Of a DNA stretch of 64,000 bases, positions 13,491 through 28,571 are shown in pieces. Numbering within the stretch: the first letter of the stretch is position 1; every line of letters begins with the position of its first letter. The translations under genes and the position numbers were made by a program. Source of the stretch: Octopus vulgaris (taxonomy: Eukaryota). The notes beneath the pieces were generated by a model, which saw only the letters and a program-made list of their open reading frames with translations, was not told the DNA's origin and made no database searches. The stretch is taken from positions 54,870,001-54,934,000 of the forward strand of contig OX597817.1 of assembly GCA_951406725.2 (NCBI GenBank), written 5' to 3'.

Positions 13491-14340
13491 TACATATGTA
13501 ATCCAAAATATAAACAATATTAAACCATAAAATGATATGTTTTTTTTCAAAATGAAACAGAACTAACGGTACGATGGAAAATAATGATTGCTTTTGTATA
13601 CTTTCACTTTATATCCTCCTCCTCTTCCTCCTCCTTATCATCATCATCCAGTGTTACGCACTGGGGTCGATATAATCGACTTAATCCCTTTGTCTGTTTT
13701 TGTTTTGTCCCCTCTGTGTTTAGTCGATAGAATAAGTAGCAGTTGTGTACTGGTGTTGATCTAATCGACTGGACCCCTACCCCCCAAATTTCAGGCCCTG
13801 TCCCTAGAGCAGAAAAGAATATAGTTTCCATCCGATATTTTATGACAACAAAGCCAAGCTCGGCCTTCTAGTGATAACCAGAAAGTCCTCCGCCGGATGC
13901 TTTGCTGTGATAAAGCTGTACAACTCCCCTGGATATGTATCTCTACTCACCATTTAGGAACTACTTTCCGCGGAACCGCTTACCGACTATCATGGCACTA
14001 ATTGTTTAGTGCATGTCGAATTATCATTGAAACGCCAGGACACACGGTAGGTACCAGTTTGTGCAGTGGGTTCGATGCAACATTTAAAACTGTTTAAATT
14101 GATATTACGGCTAGGCATCCTTGTTCTTTTGGTGGGTGGAGCGAGTGAATATAATTGCTGAAGTGAAAATTTCGATTGGTGGTTAATAGTTTTCAGGTTT
14201 CACCCTTAATGCACTGGATCTCTTTAAGGGTCTAACATTATGAGTGTCTGATTTATTAGATGCCGAAAGCTCTGTTAACCATCCCGTTATTATATGCGTG
14301 TAATATCCCCTGGTTGCACAAGGGTTACTAAAAGGTCTAC

Positions 14341-14420
<80 letters not shown>

Positions 14421-14422
14421 GT

Positions 14423-14464
<42 letters not shown>

Positions 14465-14673
14465 AGACCTAGGCTGCTCATAAATCGTCTTTACAACTGT
14501 CACAGTTCATTATATTCTATCTTCTAGATGTGTTGCATGCGACCAATTGAGTCCACGTAGATATGCTCTGAAGTTTCTAATAAAAACATTATTTGTTTGC
14601 CAATAAACTCTCCTGAGTTATCCTTGTTTTGAATGGTTTCTTCTGAATTTTTCAAATTGTAAAAGTTATTTAT

Positions 14674-14708
<35 letters not shown>

Positions 14709-14714
<6 letters not shown>

Positions 14715-15254
14715 TGCAGGAAGTAGGTAGACACCTTTAATTTTCAAAATTTCTTAATGTTTTCAGTGGTGTAGAATTAACAAAGCAATTATTCTTTTTC
14801 AATCCAGGTGCCATTATATTAAACATTTGCGAAGAGTAACCATGCCACGCACAAAAAAATTCAGCAGAGCTGTCAGATTTTCAAAGAGGTCGTATTGTTT
14901 AGCAATCTGAGGCTGGTCTTAGCCAGCGAAAAATTGTCGAAAATTGCCGAAATTCCTCTTGCTACTGTTAATAGAATTATAGTGCAATTCAAAAGTCAAG
15001 GAAAAGAATCAACAAATTCTGGGCCCTCAGGTAGGAAGCTTCGCTGTTTGAAGAGAATTGTGGAAAACGAACCCCATTCGAAGGCTTCTGACATTGCAAA
15101 ACAGCTAGAAGTTAGTCCAAGAACGTGTGTTACATATCTGCGTAAACTTGGGTATTATGGACGAGCAGCCTGAAGAAAACCTATCCTTGAACCAATTAAT
15201 ATCAAATAAAATATTTTGAAAATTAAAGATGTCTATTTACTTCCTGCATGTCTG
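14709..15254 (+). mobile_element. Internally deleted Tc1-like transposon
   Basis: ~42-bp TIRs AGACATGCAGGAAGTAGGTAGACACCTTTAATTTTCAAAAT / ATTTTGAAAATTAAAGATGTCTATTTACTTCCTGCATGTCTG; transposase N-terminal remnants ELSDFQRGRIV, IPLATVNRII, LRKLGYYGRAA*RKP; left end abuts (TA)n. Confidence 0.9.
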
Positions 15255-15708
15255 TGTATATGAGTGGATACCTGCGTGATTATCACTTTCATTCTTTGAC
15301 GTCGTAGCAACATCCATTTATAGGCATGTTCCAAGAAAGACTATCGAGAATGTTTTTACAATCCGTTAAAGCGTTCACGTTGGCAACATCAAATATATAT
15401 CCTTTAATCATGTGGTGACAAGGCAACTCCATTCATTGTATCATTCATACAATTTTGGTATTAGCGTTCGCGTCATCCACAGTGAAAATGTTTCACGTTA
15501 GGATTTTTTCTTCAGGCATCCAAGCAAATTTTTTACATTTCAGATTGGCGCATGCGTCCCTCATAAGTTCTGGAACCGCCCGTTTTGAGGCCGTGAAGGA
15601 AGTTGAAGAAGGGTTTTTAGAGTAAGCTGTTATCCCCCAGCTATATTCTACTGGATACTTTTGATATATTTATATTTATTTTTGGAGAGGATATTGTATA
15701 TATATATA

Positions 15709-16089
15709 GGCGCAGAATTGGCTGTGAGGTAAGAAGCTTGCTTCCAAACCACATGGTTTCGGGTTCAGTCTCACTGCATGCTACCTTGGGCAAGTGTCTT
15801 CTACTGTAACCTCGGACCGTACAAAACCTTGTGAGTAGATCTGGTAGAGGGGAAACTGAATGAAGCCCGTCGAATACATGTATTTGGGTGCCTGTGTTTG
15901 TCCCACTACCATCGCTTCACAACCAATGTTGGTGTGTTTACCTCCTTGTAACTTAGTGGTTCGGCATAAGTGAACGATAGCATAAGCACAAGGCTTACGA
16001 AGAATAAGTCTTAGGGTTGATTTGTTCGACTAAAGGCGTTACTCCAGCATGTCTGCAGTAAAATGACTTCAAAAATTAAAAGAATAAAA
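15709..16089 (+). mobile_element. tRNA-SINE family B, full length
   Basis: GGCGCAG...TGGCTGTGAGGTAAG head, GGTTCAGTC B-box-like motif, CCTTGGGCAAGTGTCTTCT core, tail ending AAAAGAATAAAAG; (TA)n flanks. Confidence 0.85.
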
Positions 16090-16096
16090 GCATATA

Positions 16097-16166
<70 letters not shown>

Positions 16167-16199
16167 TATACATATATACATATTGAATTAATAATTTAA

Positions 16200-16239
<40 letters not shown>

Positions 16240-16390
16240 TGTGGCTGTGTAGTAAAAAAAGATTGCTTCCCAGCCACAAGATTCTGCGTTCAGTCCCTCT
16301 GCATGGCACCTTGGCCAGGATTGGCAAAAACCCTATTAGTGAATCTGATATATGGAAACTGAAAGAAGCCCTCCATATCTGTATATATTC

Positions 16391-16449
<59 letters not shown>

Positions 16450-17256
16450 TTACTCTTAACAGTAAGTAAGTATGCATATATAGGTGTGTGTATGTGTATA
16501 AGTGTGTGTATGTATGTATGCATCTCCGTTCACAATAATATCCTTGTATAAATTAACATAAATAGCAAAAAAGAAGAATGCAGCAAAAAATGCAATTGAA
16601 TGAATAAAATAGCAATCAGACTAATGATTAGAAGCAGAACGTTGTTTCGAATTACGAAGATATATAATAACTTAACAATGGACTAACAGAACAAATCACA
16701 ACACCTAACAACACCTAACAACGCCCAACGTAACTGCACATACCAAAACGTAACAATGCTTAGCATAACAAACACTTAATATAACAAACAATGCATACCA
16801 CATACACGTCACATAATAACGCGTAAAAACACATACGAAGACATCACAACTCGTGACATATATCAAATACACCTAACAACACAAAACCTACGCATGGCAA
16901 CACATGACAACGAATACACGTAACAGAACAATAGATAATAAACAAATAACAACAGACGATATACAAATGACAAAGCATAACAAAGTGTCTTTTACAATAA
17001 CAAAGAATTGTGTGGTACTTGAAGAATGTTGGATTTAAAAGTGTGTAGAGGTTTCTCTGGAGGCAGGTAAATAGTGGACTATAATGCACTATAGTCAACA
17101 AATACAACAACTACAGGCAGGTATAGAGGCATATACACGCACACACACCAACACACACACACACACTCACACATATATATAGATATATATGTATGTATGT
17201 ATATATGTATATAAGTATATATATATATACATATATGTATAGACACATATATAGAC

Positions 17257-17310
<54 letters not shown>

Positions 17311-17397
17311 GTGTATAAGTATATATATATATATAGTATATATATATACGTATATAAGTATAAGTATATTTGTATATATATAGTATATATATATATA

Positions 17398-17435
<38 letters not shown>

Positions 17436-17535
17436 GTATATGTATATATAAATATATATATAGACACATACATATATCATATATATATATGTGTGTATAT
17501 ATATATGTATATATATATATGTATATATATATATG

Positions 17536-17655
<120 letters not shown>

Positions 17656-18118
17656 AGAATACATTAAGCTGCAGTTTTCATGAAAATAAAACATAACAGG
17701 CTCACTCCTGTTTTGGCAGACAATCAACAACATAAAGTAAACGAGAGGACAAAAATAAAAAAAAAAAAAAGAAAACGCAAAATTTGTTTAAAGACACCAG
17801 GATAGAACAAAACAGGAGAGAACAGTTAAAATATATTCGATATAAAAATACAGAACCAAACATAGAGAGAAACGTACAGAAACGTACAGACTCAAAGATA
17901 CACACACACACACACACGCGCGCGCACAGATAAATATCTTGCGGTTTTTTTAATAACAAACATAAACAAATATAATGATTGGAGCAAACAGAAGTTGATT
18001 CGTGAAACAAATAAAATAAGCAAGCGGTATAATATGGGAAACGCGGTAGAAATATATTAAACGAACTGAAGCGCAAATACTCGCACGTTCAAACACACTG
18101 ATGGACACACACATGTAT

Positions 18119-18186
<68 letters not shown>

Positions 18187-18248
18187 ATGTATATATAGGT
18201 ATACAAATATTTATATTTATATATATATGTATATAAATATATATATAA

Positions 18249-18304
<56 letters not shown>

Positions 18305-18478
18305 ATACATATAAATATAAATATATGTATATCTATATATACATATATATATAATTATATAAATATATATACATATATATGCATATATATGCAACGTATA
18401 TAAATATATATGTATATATGATATATATATATATATATATATACGTATATACATATATATATATAGATATATGGATAT

Positions 18479-18576
<98 letters not shown>

Positions 18577-19025
18577 CTGTGTGTATGTATGAAGGTATAA
18601 ATCTGAATATACAGCTGACACACACTAGCGCATACGACACAGTCACACACGTACACACCCCAGCACATAGAACTAAGGGAGATTTTGGTACACGAACATA
18701 ATGGTAGAGAGACGGTCTATGAAAAAAAAAAAAGAGACAGGGTGTTGGCATACGAACAATAGCAAGAAACTGACTCCAAATTTCACAGAGAATTCAACCG
18801 TAACGACTCAAGTATTTAAAACTCGCCAACATTTGCATATACAAACTTATGTCAAAATATCTACCAAACTATCTATCTAATTAACTGTCTGTCTGACTGA
18901 CTGTCTGTCTGTCTGACTGTCTCTCTGTCTTTCTCTCTGTCTCTCTGTCTGTCTCAGTTTATCTATCTGTCTATCTATATGTCTATCTATCTCTCTCTCT
19001 ACCTCTATCTATCTCTCGCTCTACC

Positions 19026-19082
<57 letters not shown>

Positions 19083-19377
19083 TTATTTATCTATATGTGT
19101 CTAACTCTTCTGCACTCTCATCTCTCCACATCTCTTTGCGCAGGTTTTGTATGTATGGGTGTTTTTATGTATATACACACACATGTGCAAACATGCACCG
19201 ACACAAAATATGTGTATATATATACATATATGTATATGCGTGTGTGCGTGCGTTTCTGTGTGCGCGTGTATGTGCATGTGTGTGTATACATATATACATT
19301 TACATCTGCACATATATATACTATACTTACATATCTATACATATATGTACAGATATATATCATACACAGACACACAC

Positions 19378-19428
<51 letters not shown>

Positions 19429-19689
19429 CATATATACATACATATATATGCACATATATACACACACACATATATATATATATGCATGTGTGAGTATGTG
19501 TATATATATCTGTGTGTGTATGTACACCCAACTGTGTATCACACTTCATATATATACATTGTCGACAGGTCAAATTACTGCGGTATCTGTCCTGAGATAC
19601 GCCACTTTTGGATAAGTTGTGCTGTGTTTAAAACACGATAAATTTCAGAAATAGACGAAGATCCGTTTTAGCAATGTCCACCGAGCTTG

Positions 19690-19726
19690 CCAGATGCATT
19701 TCGGTTCTCATGGGCCTTTTCAATGA
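19690..19726 (-). ncRNA. Degenerate hammerhead-like motif
   Basis: Minus strand TCA-TTGAAAA-GG(cccatgagaa)CC-GAAA-TGCA-TC-TGG; palindromic ATGCAT helix III, but two core mismatches. Confidence 0.35.
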
Positions 19727-20279
19727 GCTGAATTCGCAGCCAACCCGGACGGGTCTTTGCTGTCTCTGGTATACGAGGCGATGAATAACGTGTTTCCTGA
19801 TGTTGCGAGTAGCCCCCCAGCTGAATAAAAAACCTTCTATAAGCAAGTGAGGCAGTATTATGGGGACATAAGAGGGTAAGGATCCAACGGATCCGCCTCT
19901 ACAGAAGCTGTACTGGTAGTAACAGAGGTGAGACGGATGGAGTGAAGGGGAGAGAGAATTTACAGTCTTCTAATGAAAGTAACGATAGAGATGGAGGAAA
20001 AAGTTTGCGAGAGAAATATTGGAGAAACTGAAGCGCACATGTGGCGCGTCGGAATTTCCTCTCTTTTCCAGATTCCATTCTATTCAAAAAGAAGAACATT
20101 GTCCCAAAATTTTAAAACTTGTAACTCTTGTCATTTTCTTTGGGCATCAAATTAAAAATATTGATCGTGAGCTTATTGTCACTTGCTTCTTTCTGGTCTT
20201 TCTGTTCATCGCAATATGTAAATATAAGGCGGTGCTCCACTACGGCCACATCCAAATGGCTGAAAAAAGTAAAAGAATA

Positions 20280-20378
<99 letters not shown>

Positions 20379-20453
20379 ATTTAAAAATAGGATAAAATCT
20401 TTATAAGAATTTATCAAGTAGTTAGCGCGAAAAACCTCATAAGAGAAAAATCC

Positions 20454-20613
20454 TCTTTACTCTCTTTTTTTTTTTTACTCTTTTTTTACTTGTTTCAGTC
20501 ATTTTGACTGCGGCCATGCTGGAGCACCGCCTTTAGTCGAGCAAATCGACCCCGGGTCTTATTCTTTGTAAGCCCAGTACTTATTCTATCAGTCTCTTTT
20601 GCCGAACCGCTAA
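20454..20613 (-). mobile_element. tRNA-SINE family B 3' fragment flanked by an ~83-bp direct repeat
   Basis: Family B tail on the minus strand; 20370-20453 and 20614-20696 are near-identical. Confidence 0.85.
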
Positions 20614-20737
20614 GTGTGTATAATTTAAAATAGGATAAAATCTTTATAAGAATTTATCAAGTAGTTAGCGCGAAAAACCTCATAAGAGAAAAATCCACCA
20701 ATTTTTCTCTTAAATATAATTATCTATATCACATAGA

Positions 20738-20892
20738 GGGCATTACTATACGTAAATGCCACACGCTAGGAGGGACTCTTAAATTCAAAACTTTAAAAAT
20801 AAATAAACACCGGTAGGATGTGTTCATTTATTTTGGTAGTTTTGAGTTTAAGAGTCCCTCCTAGCGTGTGGCATTTATGTATAGTAATGCTC
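20738..20892. repeat. ~155-bp imperfect palindrome next to (TA)n
   Basis: GCATTACTATACGTAAATGCCACACGCTAGGAGGGACTCTTAAA... / ...TTTAAGAGTCCCTCCTAGCGTGTGGCATTTATGTATAGTAATGC. Confidence 0.9.
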
Positions 20893-20896
20893 AATA

Positions 20897-20964
<68 letters not shown>

Positions 20965-20970
<6 letters not shown>

Positions 20971-21440
20971 GAAAAATACAAACTGGGACAAGAACGTAAA
21001 ACATTTAGAAGACGATACAAAAAACACGGACGGAACATTCGAAGCCTTCAATCTTCAGTCAAGAGCCGGATCATCCTAGCAATTTCGGCTGATTAATCTT
21101 GAGATCGCTCCGATCCGGCCAGCCCCAAGGAAAAACTAAGCTACGAGCATTAGATTTCTTGGAAGAAGGATCGAATGTATACGAAACAGGGACAGAAAAA
21201 CGGACGATGCCACACAAATATAAAATACAAAAAACAATAATGGTAAAAACAGGACAAAAACAGCGGGTGCCTTACGACTAATAAACAGTACAACAAATTT
21301 AGCTGGCGTATTTGGAAATAATGCCTTTATCGGCAGACGAAGACAACGATGTTCTCACGGCAGTGGTCGGAGGTCAAAAAGCTGATTTTGACCAGCGGTC
21401 ACGTGAGGGGAGAGAGAGAAAAGAAAGTGGGCAAAGGAAA

Positions 21441-21495
<55 letters not shown>

Positions 21496-21890
21496 GGACG
21501 AAGGCCACAAAGGGGGGAGAAGAGAGAGAAAGAAGGAATTAAAGAGGGGAGAAAGAGTGCGTGCCAAGGATTGGCTTGTGAGTGCAAAGTGAGAAAGACA
21601 GAGAAATGTGAGAGAGTGTGGGAAGAGTAGACCAAAGAATCAGTGGCAAGAAAAGAGAAAAGGAGGAGAAGTAGAGAGAGAGAAGGGGACAGATCAAAGT
21701 AGAGTGCAAAGTGTGAAAGGCAGAGAAATGTAGGAGAGAGAGAGACAGTGTGTAGAGTCGTACCAAATTTACAGGAATATGTACTTACAAAAGGCCAACG
21801 AGGGTACGGACGTCGCTATATATATTTTATGTAGAAAAATACAAACTGGGACAAGAACGTAAAACATTTAGAAGACGATACAAAAAACAC
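20965..21890 (-). mobile_element. Non-coding element with a 63-bp terminal direct repeat (pseudo-LTR-like)
   Basis: 20965-21027 is identical to 21828-21890; body homologous to 6290-6915; abuts (TA)n. Confidence 0.65.
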
Positions 21891-22033
21891 ATGGCAAATG
21901 AAAGACGGAATATGGAATATACGAGAATTTATTATTAACACAACAATTGTTTCGACACATCTAACGTCGATCCCTCACAGGTGGAACACTAAACAACCGG
22001 TTCAGTGCAGTAAGCTACCATTCGTTTTATTAT

Positions 22034-22078
<45 letters not shown>

Positions 22079-22153
22079 TAATAAGCAAAAGAGAAGATAA
22101 CACGAGTGGAACAAACTTTAATATTAATAAATGTCGTATTAGAACGAAAAGAG

Positions 22154-22190
22154 TTTTGACATTTCGGATGCCAGTCCTTCGTCAGATAAA
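22154..22190 (-). ncRNA. Type I minimal hammerhead ribozyme motif
   Basis: Minus strand CTGACGA-A-GGA(ctggca)TCC-GAAA-T-GTC-AAAA; GUC cleavage triplet; stem I weak. Confidence 0.6.
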
Positions 22191-23236
22191 TAAAAAAAAA
22201 ACATGAAATATATAAGACAGATGGTGGAAGAGAAAGAAGGAACAAAATAAAGTTAGTGATTCTATGTATGTTCCCACACACACATCATTTTCTACTGGAA
22301 ATCAGAGCACCTCGACTATCATATCATAGCGAAATTCTACTTCTTATCGGAATTATTTCATAATTACAAGAACAACATGAATATGAGACAGAATTTAGAA
22401 CACCGACCTATTATCATTGGCCTATTCACGTTGCTCCATTTCACTCAGCTGTAGAAATGAGTTGCGACATTACTGGCACCATGCTGTATCGGCTCCTTTG
22501 CCATTCCCTTGGATAACATCAGTGGTGTGGAGAGGGGAGACTGGTATGCATGAGCGACTGCTGCTCTTCCACAAACAATTTTACCCGGACATTCTTTCTG
22601 GTACCGTTTTATTTAACCCTGACAAAGCGTATTCTCGCTATAGCGGGAATAATTTAAATGCCATCATTGCCAGAATCCCAGTAAATCGGGAATTAACAAC
22701 ACACGTCCATTATTTTGCCGGCAATCTTTACTCCTGAGGAGTAGACGCAACTATTTATTTTTTTACTCAGTATCCCTGGTGAAGGGTAAAGTTAGATAAA
22801 AGGGCCCCAGTCTGACTAGGTTAACATTTTATATTTCATTAGCTCCTTAAAACATGCGTTATTTTTTCCAGCTCTTTTCCTTTCGAGCTAACATCCCTCG
22901 GAATTCAAAATTGTCTTTCATCCCCCTGATTCGGAGATAATCTAGTACCAGTCAGATACTAGGAATTTTAGTATGAACTCGACCAACATCAGCCTCTCAA
23001 ATCTCTGGTCTTGGTACCAAAATCAAAAGTCATTATTTCAAGATACAGTCATTTACTACCTGCAATAGAATGGAATGATATAATGCATATTATACGTATG
23101 CATACGTAAATATTGGTCAAGTGTTTACATTTTAAGAAAATCGATAGAATTTAATTTAAATATTAAATACTACGAATGAAATATATTATACTCGTGTATA
23201 TAAGAAAGACAATCAATATAACGAAAATAATGTATA

Positions 23237-23625
23237 GGCGCAGGAGTGTCTGTGTGATAAGTAGCTTCCTTAAGAACCACATGATTCCGGGTTCAATCCC
23301 ACTGCTTGGCACCTTGGGCAAGTGTCTTCTGCTACAGCCTCGAGCCTACCAAAGCCTTGTTAATAAATTAAAAAAGCCTATCGTATATATATATACATAT
23401 ACATATATACACGTGTGTGTGTGTGTGAGTGTGTGTGTGTGTGTGTGTGTGCGTGTGTGTTCGTGTAATTATGTTTGTCCCACCCAGCACCATCGCTTGA
23501 CATCGCTTGACAATGTTGTTTCGGCAAATGAAGAAGACCAGGTGTCGATTTGTTTGACTAAAGGCGGTGCTCCAGCATGGCTGCAGTCAAATGATTGAAA
23601 TAAATAAGAGAAAAAAAAGAAATAA
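23237..23625 (+). mobile_element. tRNA-SINE family B with internal deletions
   Basis: GGCGCAGGAGTG head, GGTTCAATCCC B box, GGCGGTGCTCCAGCATGG tail. Confidence 0.8.
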
Positions 23626-24639
23626 AAAAAGAAAGAAAGAATATATAGAACCATAGTACGATGCGGCAGCTGTTAATCTGCTGGAAATAGATGCCAAATT
23701 TTCCGGAAAGTGCCGTAAAATTTGAATGATATAATTCTATCATATTCCTCTACAGTGTTTCTGAATTTCTCGGAAGTGCTCTCAAATTTTACTGAAATCA
23801 TACTCTATCAGTAGAAAGCTCAAAGACACAAGCATTTATGTGGTCGCAGATCTGTTAGAAAGAACCGCTAAATATCTCTCAAGTTCAGCCACACTGTCTT
23901 CAAAAAAGAAACCTGTTGGATATTTCAGTGAGGTTATCCTGGAGAATTGGGAAAAAGATGGATGGTCACATCTGGAATGGAATTAAAGGTTTGCTGGATC
24001 AAGGCCAAACTGGGGCTAGAAAACAACAAAATGTGAAGGACACTGTAAGGCTTTATTTAAATGATAAAAATAATTTTTTTTTCTCGTTTTTACTTCGTTC
24101 TAAACACCAAGACAATCTCACACTTAAGTTCAGACCAATACCTGCTGGTATTATTTCATATCCATACAAAGTAATATGCAGAAATAAATAAATAACTATA
24201 TAAATAAACAAAAAATAAAACAAACAAAATAAATAAATGAATATCTACATAGGCGTAGTTGTGACTGTGGCAAGAAGCTTGCTTCCCCGCGCATGCGTTG
24301 GTCAGTGTTTTTTTTTTTCTACTGCTACGAATTTCTTCCAATTTCTGTCCTCCAAATCGACTCACAAGGCTCTGGTTGGCCCGAGACTATAGTAGAGGGC
24401 ACTTGCCCAAGTTGCCACGCAGTGGGACTGAACTGTGGTGGTGAGCAAGCTTCTTACCACACAGCCACGCCTGTATGTATGTATGTATGTATGTATGTAT
24501 GTATGTATGTATATATATATATATTTATATATATATAGAGAGAGAGGGGGGGAGAAATAGAGAAAGAGAGAGATAGATAGGTAGATACACACACATATAT
24601 ATATATACGCACACATATACATATATGTTTGCATATATG

Positions 24640-24686
<47 letters not shown>

Positions 24687-24692
24687 ATGTGT

Positions 24693-24734
<42 letters not shown>

Positions 24735-25475
24735 ATATCTCCGCATGATATATAACGTTAGCACATACCTGTGTTATCAGTCTTTTAAAAGTAACCCGAA
24801 TATAATTTTTTTCATTGAGCATTCTACCAAACAGATTGTATGATAAAATATTTTCATGATATTTACAAGGTTTTTTTGTCTGTATTCTCTACAAAAGCTC
24901 TTTTTTTATGAACCATTTATAATGCTTTAATCCTTGAAAATTCATTTCAATATAAAATACATTGGAAGCAAAGTAGGCTATACAAAGCCTAGATATTTTT
25001 ACAGATTTTATTCTATTTCAGGTCTACCATCTAGGATAAACTTTACTTATTTTTCTCTTACGCGTCTTGTTTCTTTTATCCACTGATTATTATGATGACA
25101 ACGATGATGACGATGATGACGACGATAATACATATTCGTATCAACGTCTGTCCACTTGTAACATGATTCAATTCCACGAGGAAAAAGGAATATATATATT
25201 TTATTGAGACAACTTTGCTCAACCTTTATATGTCCCTTCGCTTATTTCTTCTATATAAATTGTTAACTATATTTTATTACCGCTTTAAACATGGATTTAT
25301 ATAATTTTATTGGAATCTCTTTCAAAAGCTTTGCGCAAATAAATGTTTTCACTATATATGCGGTACTTAATCCATAAATATATACGCAGGTGCATGTATA
25401 GAAATACACGTCTATGCATGGGAAAAGATATACACATATATGTATGTGCATATACGTATGGGTGTTTGTGTTTGG

Positions 25476-25517
<42 letters not shown>

Positions 25518-26523
25518 TTGTGTATGTGCACGTGTATGTGTGTATGGTGATTGTGATGCAAATAAACAAAGTTTAGTCTTCATATATAGAATATACATAT
25601 GTATATGTGAATAAATATAGGAATATTTATAACGAGAGAGCGAGCGAGAAACAAAATCTGGGAATATTCAGATGAACACTCGTGGATAAGCATATAAATA
25701 ATTAAATGTTTACAAAACAAGTTTATATGGAGTACAAAATAATACAAAAACTAATGGGGAAGGCATCGTATTTCGGGTCCGACAGCTGTTTCTGGGGGTT
25801 CCGAATTACGTAATATTGGCTGATGGAGTACACAAAATGTGTATGCATAAAAGTATTGTTTTGTTATGTACCAATGTATATTTACATAAACAAGCAGGGT
25901 GAGGGCGTGTGTATGTGTATAAAGGTATGTATTCATATTGGTGTAAATTCACATATAAATATCTTCTAAATGTTGTATATCGAATGTTTTAAGAGATAAG
26001 TTATGCTGTATATACAAGCGTGCAGAGAGCTGTTTATAATACGTTTCAAATCTGAAAATACACATACCTACACACGGGTGTTGCATATCATTGCTCCTGC
26101 CGCTATGTATACATATAATTTTATGCAATATATATAAACGCGCTCACACATACATTTATTCAGTCACACATACATACATGCATACATACATACATACCTA
26201 CATACATACATACATGCATGCATGCATGCATACATGAATACATGCATACAAACATACATACACGTATACATGCATATATAAATGCATACATGCATACATA
26301 CATACATGCATGCATACATGCATACATGCATGCATACATACATACATACATACGTACATACATACGTATATACATAAATACATTCATATACACACAGACA
26401 CAGACAGAGACACACACACATGCGCGCGCACACACACACACATGCGCGCGCACACACACACACATGCGCGCGCACACACACACACATATATATACACATA
26501 AATGCACACACACACGCACACGC

Positions 26524-26565
<42 letters not shown>

Positions 26566-26789
26566 GTACGTATGTATATATATGTAAATATATATACATA
26601 TATATATATTATATATATATATATATATTTATATGTAAGTATAGACGCATGTGTGTGTCGTGTGTATAATTCTAGAAGTGTATATGACCACTACCACCAC
26701 GTGAGCTGAAATAACTAGGAGATAACTCCCACCCCCACTCCTTCACACGATTCCATTTCGCAAACCGAAACCGTCTTTTTTTTTCTGAG

Positions 26790-26797
26790 AAGGAACG

Positions 26798-26843
<46 letters not shown>

Positions 26844-27256
26844 AGTCTGTGTGTCTGTCTGTCTCTCTGTTTCTCACACATACATACACACACACACATA
26901 TATATATATATACACACGTTTATATAGGCAGCATCTACACACTCGGCACACACACACATTCACAAACGCACACTAGTACGTTGCACATTAACGCGCACAC
27001 ACGCACACTCACGCGCACACATGCACTTTCGTATTCTATGCAGGCGCATGCATAGAAACGCATACAAACACACACACAAACATACATACAGAGAGAATCA
27101 CATACACATACACACGTAGCAGTTTGGGGGTTTTGGTAGAAAGTTGGTTCCACTATTTTGCATTACTGAGTGCAAACTTGTGCCTAAATATAGACGGCGC
27201 TCTCGTCAAAGACGTCACCGCACCCTCTTCCTTCTCACTCGCACACACACGCACAC

Positions 27257-27295
<39 letters not shown>

Positions 27296-28029
27296 CTTTC
27301 TTTCTCTCTTGGTTTCTCTCTATTTCCCCGCTTCACTGTTTCCTCCTCTTCCTGCTACTCTCCACTATAGTTGACTCCTCCTTCGTCACACCTTGTAAAT
27401 CCTACGGCTACGACCACCAGTGACCTCCTCCCTCTCCCTCTTGTTTTTTACTCCTACTCTCTCTCTACTCTCTCTCTACTTATGCGTTCATGCAAATTTG
27501 CCCCTTTCTATCTTTCCCTCTCTCTATTACTCTGTGTCTTTCGCTCTCCTTCTCTCACGAAGCTCTACTTTCACTTCCACTCCATGTTCTCTCTCTGTGC
27601 TTCTATTTCTTTCTTTCTTTCTTTCTTTTACCTCTTTCTCCTCCTTTATCGACACTCGTAACTTTGAACTCTGCCACCATAATCAATGCCACCACTACCA
27701 CTGGTGCCACCACAACCTATACTAAGACCCATCGCAACAACCACCACCACCACCACCACCACCACCACTGCCGCCTCCACCATCACCACTGCTGGCACCG
27801 CCGCCACCACCACTACCACCACCACAGTCACTATTGTTGTCATCATCACTATTATCATCACCACCACCACCATCACAATCACCACAATCATCACCAACAA
27901 CAGCACCTCCCTAACCACATAATCTATTTATACTCTTTCCCCTACCCACCGCCACCACCATCAGTACACCATCTCTCACCATCTCCACTACGCCACCACC
28001 GCGCCACCACCATCACCATCGTTACTGAC

Positions 28030-28062
<33 letters not shown>

Positions 28063-28314
28063 TATCACCCACTACCATCATCATCATCATCCTCATCATC
28101 ATTATTATTATCGTCACAAACAGCAGTCACTATCACCGCCCCCACACGCTCTACTACCTCCTCACTTCCACCACCACCACCACCACCACCACCACCACCA
28201 TCAAAAACAACTTTACCATCTTTATTCATTCTTCATTTGTTCGTCCTTTCATTCTTCTTGGTATCTTTCTTCACTTATTCATTCTTAATTATTTTTTCCT
28301 TCTTTCCCACCACA

Positions 28315-28349
<35 letters not shown>

Positions 28350-28522
28350 CTCTCTTTCTCTTTCTCTCTCTTTCTTTCTTTGTCTTCATTCCTTTACAAT
28401 CTCTTTCGTTACTTCCATCCATCCAACAGTCTCCATGTTCACATCCCTCCTACCACAACTACACAGCCATCCTCCCACTGCAACTACTATTCTAACCATT
28501 CCCCCACCTCTATTTTCTTCGC

Positions 28523-28571
<49 letters not shown>

